64,000 nt of DNA from Octopus bimaculoides (taxonomy: Eukaryota): assembly GCF_001194135.2 (NCBI RefSeq), contig NC_069003.1, forward strand, positions 13,332,680 through 13,396,679, in the 5' to 3' direction. A model generated the notes under the pieces. The model did no database searches, was not told the DNA's origin, and saw only the letters and a program-made list of their open reading frames with translations. A program made the position numbers and the translations under genes. Within the stretch, counting starts at the first letter, position 1, and every line of letters starts with the position of its first letter. Below are positions 23,534 to 36,859 of this stretch, piece by piece.

Positions 23534-24320
23534 CGGGGTGGTATCAAAAGGTCCTTGGACTAGTTATGTTTGATAAAAAATAACCTATTTACTTAAGTTT
23601 TAACATCATCTCTTTCAAAATAGTCACCTTGTGCAGCAATACACCCGCCCCAGTGTTCCTGCCATCTTTGGAATCTGGCCTGAAAGTCATTTTCCATAAG
23701 TGAGTCGAGGACTTTCTGCAGTTTGTTCTGGATCTTGGCAACAGTGTTAAAACAGTGACCTTTGAGCTGCCTTTTCATCTTGGGGAAGAGATGGAAGTCT
23801 GCAGGGGCTAAATATGGCGAATAGGGTGGATGCAGAAATGATATCATGTTGTTTTTGGTGAGAAACTCACAAGGGAGGAGAGCTCAGTGAAGAATCTAAT
23901 TGTTCATGCTCCACAGGTCAGGTTGCTTTTGCCAAATGTCCTCCCTCAAACACTTCAAAACATCACAGTAGAACCCTCGATTGACAGTCTGGCTCTGGGG
24001 GATGAATTCTCAATGCACAATATCATGTTTCTGGGGGTGATGCTTGTGGTAGGTCTTCCAAATCACTCATCATCTTCCAGGGATGTTCTGCTTTTGAAGT
24101 GCCCGTGCCACTCGAAACATTGCGTACAATCCTTTGCCTTGTCACCATAAGCTGGCTGAAGCATGCTCAATGTCTCTCTAGCAGACTTCCTAAGTTTAAT
24201 GCAAAACTTCACGTTGGCTCTTTGTTCCAACTTCCTGTCCATGGTAAAATTGCAGACTACAGCATACATGTGACCAGAAAAACACAAATCTCACAACTTG
24301 CAAAGTAAACACAGTGAACA
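23534..24320 (-). mobile_element. mariner (DD34D-type) transposon remnant with an internal deletion
   Basis: MDRKLEQRANVKFCIKLRKSARETL (ATG at 24242), EFIPQSQTVNRGFYCDVLK and HPPYSPYLAPADFHLFPKMKRQLKG...AAQGDYFE (ORF 23593-23847). TIR-like TA|CGGGGTGGTATCAAAAGG at the left end. The right end is lost under a SINE. Confidence 0.92.
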
Positions 24321-24392
24321 TCTAAGTTATGGAGACATCAACACATGAACACCGGTCTTCATGTAGTGGTGGGGGACAAACATTGATACAAA

Positions 24393-24451
<59 letters not shown>

Positions 24452-24748
24452 GACAGGCTTCTTTCAGTTTCCACCTACTAAATCCACTCACAAGGCTTTG
24501 ATCCAGTTAAGGCTACAGTAGAAGACACTTGCCCAAGGCGCAAGCTTCTTAGCACAATTCTTTGTTATTTTCCAAATTAATTCAAAGATAGTGTATTTGA
24601 ACTGAGAAATGGTTACAAAAGAGTTAATTAGTAGCAATCACTCTACTCACTTAGTCATCCGTAAACTGCTAATTATAACTAACTCGTGAATCTTTGTAAT
24701 TAACGAATCTTTTTCCTCTGTTTTATTTTATTTTTTTTTAATGTTTAG

Positions 24749-24919
24749 ATCTTGAACAGAAGAATATCATCGACAAACTGGCCAATTTTGTGGCTCGAAA
24801 TGGCCCAGAATTTGAGCAGATGACCAAACAGAAGCAGAAAGACAATGCAAAGTTCAGTTTTCTCTTCGGCGGAGAATATTACCAATATTATCAGTTCAAA
24901 GTCAACGCAGAGCAATCAG
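24749..24919 (+). CDS. CHERP: CHERP coding exon 2, SURP/SWAP domain (171 nt, phase 1-1)
   Basis: Polypyrimidine tract and TTTAG|AT acceptor, CAG|GTGAGT donor. Encodes DLEQKNIIDKLANFVARNGPEFEQMTKQKQKDNAKFSFLFGGEYYQYYQFKVNAEQS. The KQKDNxKFSFLFGGE signature next to the N-terminus is CHERP-specific among SURP proteins. Confidence 0.95.
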
Positions 24920-25547
24920 GTGAGTGTTTTGCTTCTATTTCTTTGTCTCTTTTCTCTTTCTCTCCTTCTCTGTGGCTTGTGTGTCACACTCAATGTGCAT
25001 GTGTTTGTGCGTGTGTGTGTGTGTGTGTGTGTTTGTGTTTGTATGTGTGTGTATCTGCTGGTTTGAGTGTGGAGTAGAGGTGGAGAGAAGATAACGAGAG
25101 TAAATATTGTTTAGTTTCGAGCAGTCAGGTGAGTGGCCACCTCTTATTATCTTTCTTTAGTCCCTCTTACATATTGTGTGTGTGTATGGGGCGATGTGAG
25201 AATAATTATCTCACACCTCGTTATCAATTGGTTTATCTTGGAGATTATTATTTTTATTATTTTTGGAAAAACCAAGTGGGCTATGTGTGGTGCTGTTGCT
25301 GGAAAATTATATGCAGTGCTCATGATTTCTCTCTTTTTTTTCTCACCTGTCTCTTCTTTATCTCTCTCTCTTTCTTATAAGTAGTAGCTTTGGATGTGGT
25401 GACGATGATGATGATAATGATGTTGTTGTCGTTTTTGTTGTTTCCACACTTCACACTTTTATCTTGTGTTATTTTTGTTGAAGTTAGAAATAGGTGAAGA
25501 CAATGTTTTAACATTGAACAAGTCAGTTATCTCTGTCACTCAAATCT

Positions 25548-25554
25548 CTCTCTT

Positions 25555-25607
<53 letters not shown>

Positions 25608-25735
25608 GTTACTCTTTCACTCTCTCAGTATCTTTTTCTCTTCCTCTTTCTCTGTCTGTCTCTGTCACTCTGTCTGTCTCTGTCACTCTGTCTGTCTCTG
25701 TCACTCTGTCTGTCTCTGTCACTCTGTCTGTCTCT
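25548..25735. repeat. (CT)n microsatellite followed by about 4 copies of the 18-mer TCTGTCTCTGTCACTCTG
   Basis: Directly visible tandem repeats. Confidence 0.9.
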
Positions 25736-27005
25736 CCCTGTCACATGCACACATCACACAAACACTGATGTATTTCTAGTGTGTTATTGATGATGATCGG
25801 AATAAGTGTTTATCATTGAGGTGATGATGATGATGATTGATTTCTGATCTCTTGGTTTATCTTTCTTGTCTTCGACGGGTGTTTGTTGTTGTGGATTTTC
25901 TTTTAAAACAAGCATACATATATACATGGAAGACAGATTTTAAATGATGATGGTGATGATGATGATGATATACATGCATACATACTAACTAACTAATCAA
26001 CAGAACAGCCTGCTCATGAAATTAACATGCAAGTGGCTGAGCACTCCACAGACGCATGCCCTTAATGTAGTTGGAGTCAATCTCACTGCATTTCCATGAC
26101 AAACAAACTCCCCGACCAAAATGGAATTGTGTGGAGAGAAATCTTTAAACACTGTGTGTGTGTGTGTGTGTGTGTGTGCATGTATGTGTGCAGGCATGGC
26201 TGTGTGATGTGAAGTTTGTTTCCCAGCCACATGGTCCTGGGTTCAGTCCCACTGTGTGGCACCTTGGGCAAGTGTCTTCTGCTGTAGCCTTGGGTCGACC
26301 AAAGCCTTGTGAGTGGATTTGGTAGACGGAAACTGGAAGAAGCCAATCAGGGAATTCAGCCATAGAAACCATGCCAAACAGACAGCAAGGATTGGTGCAG
26401 TCTTCTGACTTGTTGGTTCCTGTGGAACTGTCCACACAATGTCGGCATGGAAAACAGACATGAAATGATGATCATATGTGTGTGTGCATGTGTGTTTTAC
26501 TTGTCTCCATGAGATCACATGATAGTTGTTAATGTCACTGTCATGCAAGTGCTGTCTTTCATTTCCGATCATCTGTGAAAGCATGTCTGATCATGGGGAA
26601 AAGACTAACTTGGAAACAGTTGACAGTTGGCAATGAGGAAGGCATCCAGCCATAGAAAAATCCACTTCAACAAATACCATCCAACAATCCAGACATGGAA
26701 AAGTGGACATAAAAATGATGATGGTAGCATAAATATGGTGAACTCTCCTGTTGTAGACAACAAGCGATGGTTTCACATCTTACTTTGATTTTGAATCGAG
26801 CTTTGATTAATATATAAGAGACACTCTGTGGTGTTGACTGGCAATCTTGAGTAGGCTTAGTCTTTCTTCTGTGGGAAGCAAGCCCTGATTGGTGCATGCT
26901 ACATATCCACAATCACCCCAAACAAAATCGTTTGAAGTAGGTTCTTGTTGGTGCTTCTACTAAAGACTCACACACAGTTCTTCACAATGTTTCTCCTCCT
27001 TTTAA

Positions 27006-27225
27006 CCCTTTCATTATCATATTTCTGTTGGAATATACCAACTTTGTTTCAAATAGTTTGAAAAATAATGTAAAATTTACTCAAATAACTGTCACTATTA
27101 AACTGGTGTTTGGAACATAAATTAACCTGAAATTTTGGTTGAAAATTTTAACCTAGATTACTTTAAAACCAGAAATTTGTATCTTAGAACCAAGGACGGC
27201 TTCAGGTGGGTTGGTAAGAAAAGGG
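27006..27225. mobile_element. piggyBac-type MITE family F (TTAA...CCCTTT ends); other copies at about 3583-4016, 27994-28222, 52738-53172
   Basis: TTAA|CCCTTT left end and AAAGGG|CTAA right end. The internal sequence is the reverse complement of the recurring AAAATTTCATGTTAATT...CCAAACACCAG...CAACAGAAATATGGTAAC element. Confidence 0.75.
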
Positions 27226-28253
27226 CTAAACTATTTTAAAATAGTAAAACATGTTGTTCTCCTTTCATTTCATTTTTCAATAAGGTCTTCTCAAGAATCA
27301 TGATTGATATTACAAGTAATCCATAGGCTTATGTTTGTAACATAAGAAGGGACAAACTACAGGGTGTTTGCTGTTCCAAAGCTGACTGTAGAAGGGCTGT
27401 TTGAGAGCCTATGTGTGTGTGTGTGTGTCATTGTAATTATTTATGTATGTATTTGTGTGTGTGTGTGTCTGTAGTTAACCCTTACCAGTATGGAACATGG
27501 ACATTAAATAATGATGATACACACACACACACAGATGTGTGTGTATATATGTATGTATGTATGTGTGTGTGTGTGCATATGTCCAAATAATTGAAGAAGG
27601 AAAAATATTTTTCAAGCATATTGAAATCTGTTTGATCACCAGTTTATCACAAATTGATTGGTTACCATTACTACATATTTATCTGTCCATTACCAAAAGT
27701 GGAGAATCAGAATGTATACCACAAAGTTTTCTACCCAAACACCTTGGGCAAGATTTTTTTGCTAGAAAGATTGAGAGTTGCCCTTGCATGAAAGTCTTCC
27801 CTTCCACAACACTGATGTTTATCTCAAAGGAAGGTTGTTGGTTGGGTTAATCCAAGCTTTGCACAAGTGTCATTGCAAGTGTTACTGTCAGACTGAATGC
27901 AAAAAGCCGGATTAGATAACCACAAGGCATCTCGCTTGACCCTCTTGCAATTCCAATTTACTACCCTGGATTTATAATTTAGTTAACATGCAGTTTAACC
28001 CTGCTGGTACCAACCTGTCTGAAACTATTTCTGCATCTTTGATACAAACTCACCATTTCAAAGTCATCTTCATTAAAATCTTTCAAAGTTTCCTGCTAAT
28101 TTTTATTTCAAATGCTAGCTAAATAATAGCAAAGATATTTTGATAAATTCTGTATTATTTTCAAAATTAATTGAAACAAATGCAGTGTATTTCAATAGAA
28201 ATATGGTAACAAACAGGTTAAGAGTTTAAAAAGAAACATGAAAATTAACTGAC

Positions 28254-28338
28254 TTAGATTGGAGCCTGGTGTTGCCATCCGGTTTCACCAGTCCTCAGTC
28301 AAATCGTCCAACCCATGCTAGCATGGAAAGCGGACGTT
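28254..28338 (+). mobile_element. Young, 5'-truncated RTE-tail insertion, nearly identical to 15588-15680 in inverted orientation
   Basis: TTAGATTGGAGCCTGGTGTTGCC...GGAAAGCGGACGTTAAACGATGATG. By eye there is one mismatch against the reverse complement of the 15.6-kb copy, and CpGs are retained. Confidence 0.9.
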
Positions 28339-30231
28339 AAACGATGATGATGATGATGAAGTGATAATAGTGATATAACATTATTCCATAAAGAGAATTT
28401 AAAAGAGAACTAATGAAATCCCCCCTAATTTTATTAACAGAACTTCCTTGTTATACCATATCCACAGGCACCTAATTGCAGGTACCTCCTAGTGACATTT
28501 TAATTATTTCCAAAATAGCAGCTGAGGTACATTGTTCCATGAGTAAAGACCCCCTTCGGTCACAAATGACCATGGGATTGCATCTTGAAAGCTCCCCTCT
28601 GAGGCACAGGTCCGGGCAAGGTTGTTTGTGGAAGACCAGCATGCCAGTCTCCCCCTTCATGCCACTGATGTTATCCAAGGGAAAGCAAAGGCTGAAATAG
28701 CTTGACACCAGGGATGTTGCAACTCATTTCTATAGCTAAATGAACTGGAGCAATGTGAAATAAAGTGTCTTGCTCAAGAACACATCACACAGTCTGGTCC
28801 AGGAATCAAACTCACACCCTCATGATTGTAAGTCCGATGCTCTAACCACTGAGCCATGTGCCTCCACATACTATACCTGATATAAAATGTGATTATTTTT
28901 ATGTTATGTAAAATATAGTTGTGGCTGTGTGGTAAAAAGTTTTCTTCCCAACCATATACTTCCAAGTTCAATCCCACTTTGTGACACATTGTACAAGTGT
29001 CTTCAACTATAGCCCCAGGCAAACCAAAACCTTGCAAGTGGATTTGGTAGACAGAAACTGAAAGAAGCCCATCGTATACATGTGCGTGTGTTACTGACTT
29101 CTTGCCTTGATATCACATGGTAGTTATAAGCAAGCGTCACTACTGTCCTGCAAATGGGGTCCTTCATTTCCAGTCTTCTGCAAAAATCATGTCTGGTCAT
29201 GTGGGAAACATTACGCTGCTTGGAAACAACAAGTGAGGGTAGGCAACAGGAAGGGCACCCAACCATAAGAAAATCCACCTTAACAAATTTCGCCTGACTC
29301 ATGCAAGCACAAAAATTGGATGTTAAAACAATACTATATCAGGTATAATATGTGAAGGTGCATGGCTCAGTGGTCAGAGTGTCAGACTTACAATTGTGAG
29401 GATGTGAGTTCAAAGATGATGATGATGATGAGATAGAGGATAGTTTTGAATTGTTATGTAGCTGATTATAATTGTTTATACTAATAGTAGTGATGGTTGT
29501 AGTAATGGTGGTGAAGGTGGTGGTGGTGGTGGTAGTTGTGGTTGTTGTTGTAGTGGTTGACTAAGTGTTGCAGTTAAGTTGTTTATCCTGCCAAGGAGAG
29601 CTGTCAAAATTAAGACAGTTTAACTGACTCTACTGTCTGCTCCATTCCACTCTATATCACATGCAAAACCACTACTTTCACTTCTCTGCACCACCACTAC
29701 CACGATCATCATCAACAACAACACTGTTAGAGCAGTGGTAACAGTGAGAACATGTATGTGTATGTGTGTGTAAGAAACTTTGAATAACTTCTTAGATCAA
29801 GAGCTTCTTGTATCTGTCATTATTTCCCCCTCCTCCTGACTCCCACCTCTCTGCTCCCCCCCCCACTCCCATTTCTATAATTGTATAATGGTGGAAAGGT
29901 TGAGTTGACAACAACCCCTTCCGTGCTCCACTCTTCTGCCCCCCCCCCACCATCAGACTTGTGTTTATCTTACACTTGTACTGATATCTCATTACTAGTT
30001 GAAGTTTTTTTTTTTTGCTTACATTATGTAATAATAATTAATAAATATCGTAAGTGTTGGTAACATCCCCTCCTCTCACTTTGCAATGTCTTCTTTTAAT
30101 TATAGCATTCACCCTTTAACTGCAAAATTTAATTTCATGGCTATTCCATTAATGATAGTAAATATCTATCAAAAATAAAATAAAGTTACCTCAATAAACT
30201 TGACATATATTAACAAAAAATAGTTGATTAA

Positions 30232-30451
30232 TCCTTCAGCATTTAATCTGACCATATCCAGCCCAAATATTCTACATGTTTTATGTTAAAACTGACCAGA
30301 TCCAACCTCTCACACCTACCCTACAATGTCATTCTAAAAATATACAGTCACATTATCGAAATCTCAAAGCCACAAGATAATGTGTGATTAGTTAAAAATA
30401 ATTTGAATGAATAAGCATTGCATTTGACAAAGAAATCTGAATGATAAAGGG
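30232..30451. mobile_element. piggyBac-type MITE family G; other copies at about 41639-41857 (inside a SINE), 43609-43800, 45190-45412, 53327-53920
   Basis: Flanked by TTAA at 30228-30231 and 30452-30455, ending AAAGGG|TTAA. Recurring internal GCCCAAATATTCTAC...CCTACCCTACAATGTCATTCTAAAAA. Confidence 0.8.
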
Positions 30452-32815
30452 TTAAATTGACTCTAGTACTTGACCCTTGAGAGTTGATAGGCAATGTTGA
30501 CCTCAGCAGGATTTGAACTTAGGTAAGCTGGAACAAATACTGCAAGGCATTTTGTTCCAATTCTCTAATGACTGCCAGTTCAGGCGTAAAGGTGGGAGAT
30601 TTGGGCTGAGTGGAATTGTTTTTATTTATTTATTTATTTTTTACAGTAGGGAGAGGCTTGTTTCTGTTGTTTATTTGTTTGTGGCTTAATGGTTAGGGTG
30701 TTTGGCTTACAATTGTAAGGTTGTGAGTTTGATTCTGGGTAGTGTATTGTCTCCTTGAACAAGACACTTTATTTCACCTTGCTCCAGTCTACTCAGCTAG
30801 CAAAAATGAGTTGCACCAGTATTTCAAAGGGCCAGCCTTATCACACTCTGTGTCATGCTGAATCTCCCTGAGAACTACATTAAGGGTATATGTGTCTGTG
30901 GAGTGCTCAGCCACTTACATGTTAATTTCACAAGCAGGCTGTTCCATTGATCAGATCAACTGCAACCCTCATTGCTGTAACCGGTGGAGTACCAGTTATC
31001 TATCAACCATTTGCCTGTCATGTGATGCACAGGTAATATTTCCCTGGCACCATACATCACATATGATGTATATAATAATATATAATCCATTTTTTTTTCA
31101 ACCACCAGAGTAACTTAGAACTTAAAAAAGGAAAAGCTTTATATTATTCAGAACAAATGAAACAAAGGCTAAGAAAATGCCTGAAAAGAAGCAAGGGCAT
31201 TTAAGGTAGCATTAAGAAAACGCTTTGGTAAGACAGAGCATTAATGCAGGTGTTTTTAGATGTACGTCTGGACAACAGATTTATCCTTTATCTTTCATTT
31301 CCGTCAGTCATTAGACTATGGCCATGCTGGGGCACCACCTTGAAGAATTTTTATTTTAGTCGAATGGATCAACACCTGTACTTATTTTATTTTTCTCAAG
31401 CCTGGTACTTATTTGACTGTTCTCTTTTGTTGAACCACTACGTTATGGGGATGTAAACACACAAACACTGGTTGTCAAGCGGTGGTGAAGGACAAACACA
31501 GACACAAAAACATACACATGCATGCGTGTGCGTGACAGTCTTCTTTCAGTTTCTTTCTTCCAAATCCACAACACAAGGCTTTGGTCAGCTCAAGGCTATA
31601 GTATGAGACACTTACCTAAGGTGCCACCAAGTGGAATTGAACCCAGAACCATGTGATTGGGAAGCAAGTATCTTACCACACAATTATGTCTGGTGGATTT
31701 GGGGTTTCTTGAGTTAGCGGTGTTTTTCATTTTGTTTAGTATTATTCTAAGAATGGTAATTTGGCTATTTAAAGGGGTGGCAATAAGGAAAAAATAATCT
31801 TAAGGAAGATGTAATTTAACCTGCAGCTGAAAAGAAAGTGCTTTCTGGTTTAAGTAGCTTTTGCTTGGGGAGTCAGCAGAGCTGTCTTAGCAGCATCAGA
31901 GGTCCCTGGGAAAATCAATGTACTGGGTCCTACAGTATTTATTTATTGACATATGATGCATTGCTGTACTTGAGAAGACCTGCCCACCACAACAGAACTG
32001 AGATCCTAAAACTTGTAAAAAGCACTTGTGCTGGTACCATGTAAAAAAAAAAACTGGTGCTGGTGCCACATAAAAAGCACTCAGTACACTCTGTAAAGGG
32101 TTGGTGTCAGGAAGTGTGTCCAGCTGTAAAAATCAGGCTAAAACAGACTATGGAACTTGGTGTGGCCCCTGGCCTTGTCAGTTCCTATCAAGCCATCCAA
32201 CCCATGCCAGCATGGAAAACAGATGTTAGATGTTGATGATGATGAAGCCGTAGCATATATGAATCAGAATTGGGCCCTAGACCAGGAGGGCCCCCAAGCA
32301 ACTGTCTGGTGTACCCATGTGTAAAGATGTTACTGGAGTTAAGGGTTTTGGGTAATGCATAAGTGAGGGGGTAGATTGGTTAGTAAAGTAGCATTTTTCT
32401 TTTTATTGAGGTTGGGTGTGATGTAGTCGTTGGCATGGCGTTAGGTTGGAACACTGAAATTTGTGTGTGTGTAGGGGTTGTGGCAGTTTATAATGGATGA
32501 ACTGCACAACCAAAATCTATGCATACACATAGAGGGATAGACATGTGTGCACACTCACACACATAGTGTGCATGAGCATGCATGACTGCATGACATACAG
32601 TCTGCATGCACGCTTGCAGATTGTATGTAACTGTATATATACATATACAAGCATGCATAAAGACATATATATATATATATATATATTGTTTTTTTTTGTA
32701 TTTGACTTTGCTATATATATACATAGATATATTGTATGCCTACATGTGCATACATACATACATACTTTGCAAGCATACAGAAATGCATACTTATAAACAC
32801 ACGCATATATACTTA

Positions 32816-32858
<43 letters not shown>

Positions 32859-35179
32859 AATCTTCCCAGGTTGGGAGGTCATGCAAAGGTCAAGGGCACT
32901 GTCCTGTCTCTCCTGATTAGTTTAAACAAAAAAAATATCTAAATAATGGATCTTATCTATCATTTACCTTTGCGCTTTTATTTTTATTTTCTTATTAACT
33001 TTTATCTTTGCTTATCTTCAGTAAATAAGCACACACAGTAATAGCATATCTTATGGTACTTGTGACACCATATCTTGTTCCATGAAGTACACTTCCAGTT
33101 GTTTTAGCCCTTGGCTACTTAATTTATCCTGTTTTTTCCCTAAGTACTGTGCATCTAAGATTACATCATCCAATGTGCCTTTCTATTTCTGCATTAAGAG
33201 GATAGGCTATGATTCATAACAGAGTTTTGGGTACTATTTCTAACAGTGTCAAGCACTCACCTAGACTACATGTTTTCAAGCAATGTGCTGTATGTGGTCC
33301 ACACATGTGCCATGGAATCTTGATGAAAGTCAGAAAATGATGCCAGGATATTTAATGATCTTGTGTGTTTTTAATACATTGCATAGGACGACCTCAAGAC
33401 ACTGAACCTTACAGAGGAGATGACAAAGGACCAAGATATCTGGTGCCTTGTTGTACTCAAGAAAACCCGTCCTTCACAGCAGAAGTGTTAAGGCTTCTCC
33501 TGCTGATGAAGATTGGCCTGCAAAAGCCCTGTGCTGGGGCCACATGAAAAGCACCAATGCCGGTGCTATGCAAAAGTGCCACATTTGAAGCACCCAACAT
33601 GCACTGTAAAGTGGTTGGCATTTGGAACAGCATCCAGCCATAGAAACCAGGCCAATAAGACTGGAACCTGGTTCAATTCTCCTGCTTGCCAGCACTGGTT
33701 AAACTGTTCAGCCCATGCCAACATGGAAAACAGATTTTAAATGACGATGATGATGATGCATAGCACATATATGACTGTTCACCATGTGGTTTTGAGTTCA
33801 GTCCCATTATGTGGCACTATAATCCTCAGGCCGACCAAAGCCTTGTGAGTGGATTTGGTAGACGGAATCTGAAAGAAGCCTGTCGATGTGTGTGTGTGTG
33901 TTTGTGTGTCTGTGTTTGTTCTCCCACCATTGCTTGACAACCAATATTGGTGTGTTTATATCCCCATAACTTAGCGGTTCGGTAAAACAGACTGATAGAA
34001 TAAGTACTAGGCTTACAAAAAATAAGTCCTGAGATCAAATTGTTCAACTAGAAGGCAGTGCTACAGCATGGCCACAGTCAAAATGACTGAAACAAGTAAA
34101 TGAACATATATATATATATATATGATAGATATATAGATATATATATTAATATTTGTTTTTATGTTCCGCTGTGGTTGACTTTGCCTTTCATCCTTTTGGC
34201 ATTGGGTCGATAAATTAAGTACCAGTTGCGTACTGGGTCGATGTAATCGGCTGGGCCCCTCCTCCAAAATTTCAGGCCTTGTGCCTAGAGTAGAAAAGAA
34301 TATTTGTTTTTATGTTCCATTATAATAAAAACAATGTTACATTAATCTGATGGGTTACTCTATTTTTTCGTAGAGAACAAATTTATTATTCTTGCACAAG
34401 AATATTGTTAACAGTGACTTTGAAGTTTCAGCCAGCTAAGCCATTGTTGGACTGCAGTGCATTAGAATTTACCTTGCCTTTATATAGTCTCAATGAAATT
34501 TATGTGTATATTAGTTACTGGTAATTTAACATTATAACTTGTAGTCGTGATATATTAAGGAGTATGTAGCATTTTATTATTAACTTTTGAATGAGGAAAT
34601 AATGTATTTCACTCATAAAAATATAAAATTAATTTCAATCATGTTTTGTTTTCGGAAAAATTTTATAAGGCTCGAACTTTCATTATAGTAGTATCTATGG
34701 AAGACTGGGAAGATTATTATTTATATGGACTTAAAGATTGATCACAGTTTAGCATATAATTTAGTTTTTGCCGTTTACTATTAATACTGATACAATGTAC
34801 ATAGGTTTATATGTCTGTTGTAGTTTTATTCAAGTTAGTGTTTAATCCTGCCTATGTATTGATTGATTGTAATAATGTAGTTACTAAGCATTTTCTTTTA
34901 TATTACACTATGGAAGACGGTAAGGATTATAATTTTGTTTGATTTAATAGAGTTGTCGCTGTTTAGTTACGTATTTAGGAGTGCTTGTAATTTACTTATG
35001 GAATTTATTTATTGATACGGTTGTACATTGGGTAAATGTGTTTGAAAGTTGTAGTTTCGTTGGTTTGTTTGTTCCCAAACAACACTTATAGTAGTGCTGT
35101 TGACACCACTGGATTGAATGGTACTGCTCAGGTGTCAAAACCATAATATATCCATGGGGCAGCTGATGATGGAGACATG

Positions 35180-35303
35180 TTGGATTGTTGGTATGGCTGT
35201 TTTTGTACATGTGGAATAGTATTATTGGATTGTTGGTATGGCTGTTTTTGTACATGTGGAATAGTATTATTGGATTGTTGGTATGGCTGTGGAATAGTAT
35301 TAT
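35180..35303. repeat. 45-bp minisatellite, 2 full copies plus 1 internally deleted copy
   Basis: Unit TTGGATTGTTGGTATGGCTGTTTTTGTACATGTGGAATAGTATTA at 35180 and 35225, partial at 35270. Confidence 0.95.
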
Positions 35304-35519
35304 AATGCATCCTTTTGATATATATATAAAAGAGATGATTGGAAAAACAATGGTTTTGTTATGAACTTCAATAGCTTACAGCTGTTTCTGCTATAAGATG
35401 CTGTGAACTTGTAGTTGAGTGCTTGAATAACATCCTATAGCTTCATCTATAGCTTCATCGTATGTTGGTGACACTTGCTTACAGCTAGCACATAATGTTA
35501 TTGCAAGGAGACAGTAATA

Positions 35520-35563
<44 letters not shown>

Positions 35564-36859
35564 CTGTCTGTCTGTCTGTCTTGTCTCATGACAGGTTTCT
35601 TCTGTCTACTAAATCTTCTCGCAAGGCTTTGGTCAGCCTGGGGCTATAGTAGAAGGTGCCAAGGTGATTTATGTATGTAAATGTATTTGCATACATGCAA
35701 GTATTGCATGCATGCATAGTATGTATCCATGAGTGTATGCATGTACCTATGTATGTGTGTGTGTGTGTGTGCATGTGAGCTTGCGCTGGTGTGTATGTTG
35801 GCTACAAATTGAGAAAGCACTTATGCGGGTGTTGGTAGGACACCTGTGCTAGACAGGCCTAACAATTAACTGAAGGTTATCTGTCAACTTTGACACCCAA
35901 AACATTCCATTTAGTTGCTATACATATATATGTATATATATATTTATACATACACACACACACACATATATACATACATACATATACACATACACTTTGG
36001 ACATTTTTAGCTGCTATCTACTAAAGATAGAACAAGCTGCTGCTCTCTTTTTTTCCCCCTAGTTTTTCTGCAACCCCCAATCACCCAACTCTTTTGTGTG
36101 TGTGTGTGTGTGTGTGAGGTGGTAGTATTAGGGTTAACTAATTGATGGTGCAGCTCCCCCATTTTTTTTTAGCTTGAGATGATGGGTGGGGGACCTTCAG
36201 AACGAGAGGGGAGAAAGTGTTATTTTGGAAAGTATTCACTGACTTTCTTGGCATTCCTATCCTTCCTCCCCCACAGCCAAAGTAAGGTAGATAGGGACTG
36301 TGTGAGAATGTGTGCATCTGTATAGTATGTGTGTGCGTTTGTGTGGTATAGAGTGTGTGTAGGTATGTATGGTGTTTAGTGAGTGTGTGTGTATGTATGT
36401 AGAATGTTGAGTGTGTGTATAATGTATTTATGCTTGTAAGTATAGTATGTAACTAATGGATTACATAGATACAGCATGGCCAAATGGTTAAGATGTTTGC
36501 TTCTCAGTCATTTGATTGCAAGTCCAATCCCACTGTGATGTCAGTCACATATGTCTCTTTACTACAGCCAGGAATTGACCTGAGTTTTGTTGGTGATATT
36601 GGCAGACAGAAACTGTGCTGAAGCCTGTTTGGATGTTTGTATGCAATAATTCAAATCCCTAGCCTTATTGTGCCACGCAATGTCACACTGATTTTGTTTA
36701 AGAGACACACTAAGAGTACGTGCCTCTGTGGAGTAGTCAGCCATAAGTAAGAGAAGGGCATCTGGCTGTAGAAGAAAATCCTTTCTCTGTAGATTCTATG
36801 CAAGCATGGAAAAGTAGATGTTAAATGATCATGATGATGAATAATGATATATATATACA

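Noticed and set aside
34310-35180. NUMT (mitochondrial insertion), suggested by AT richness and G/T skew
   Set aside because: The part I translated under the invertebrate mitochondrial code gave no recognisable mitochondrial protein, and I saw no rRNA or tRNA motif. BLAST would be needed to exclude it fully.
35180-35303. CRISPR-like array
   Set aside because: Head-to-tail minisatellite without unique spacers, in eukaryotic context.
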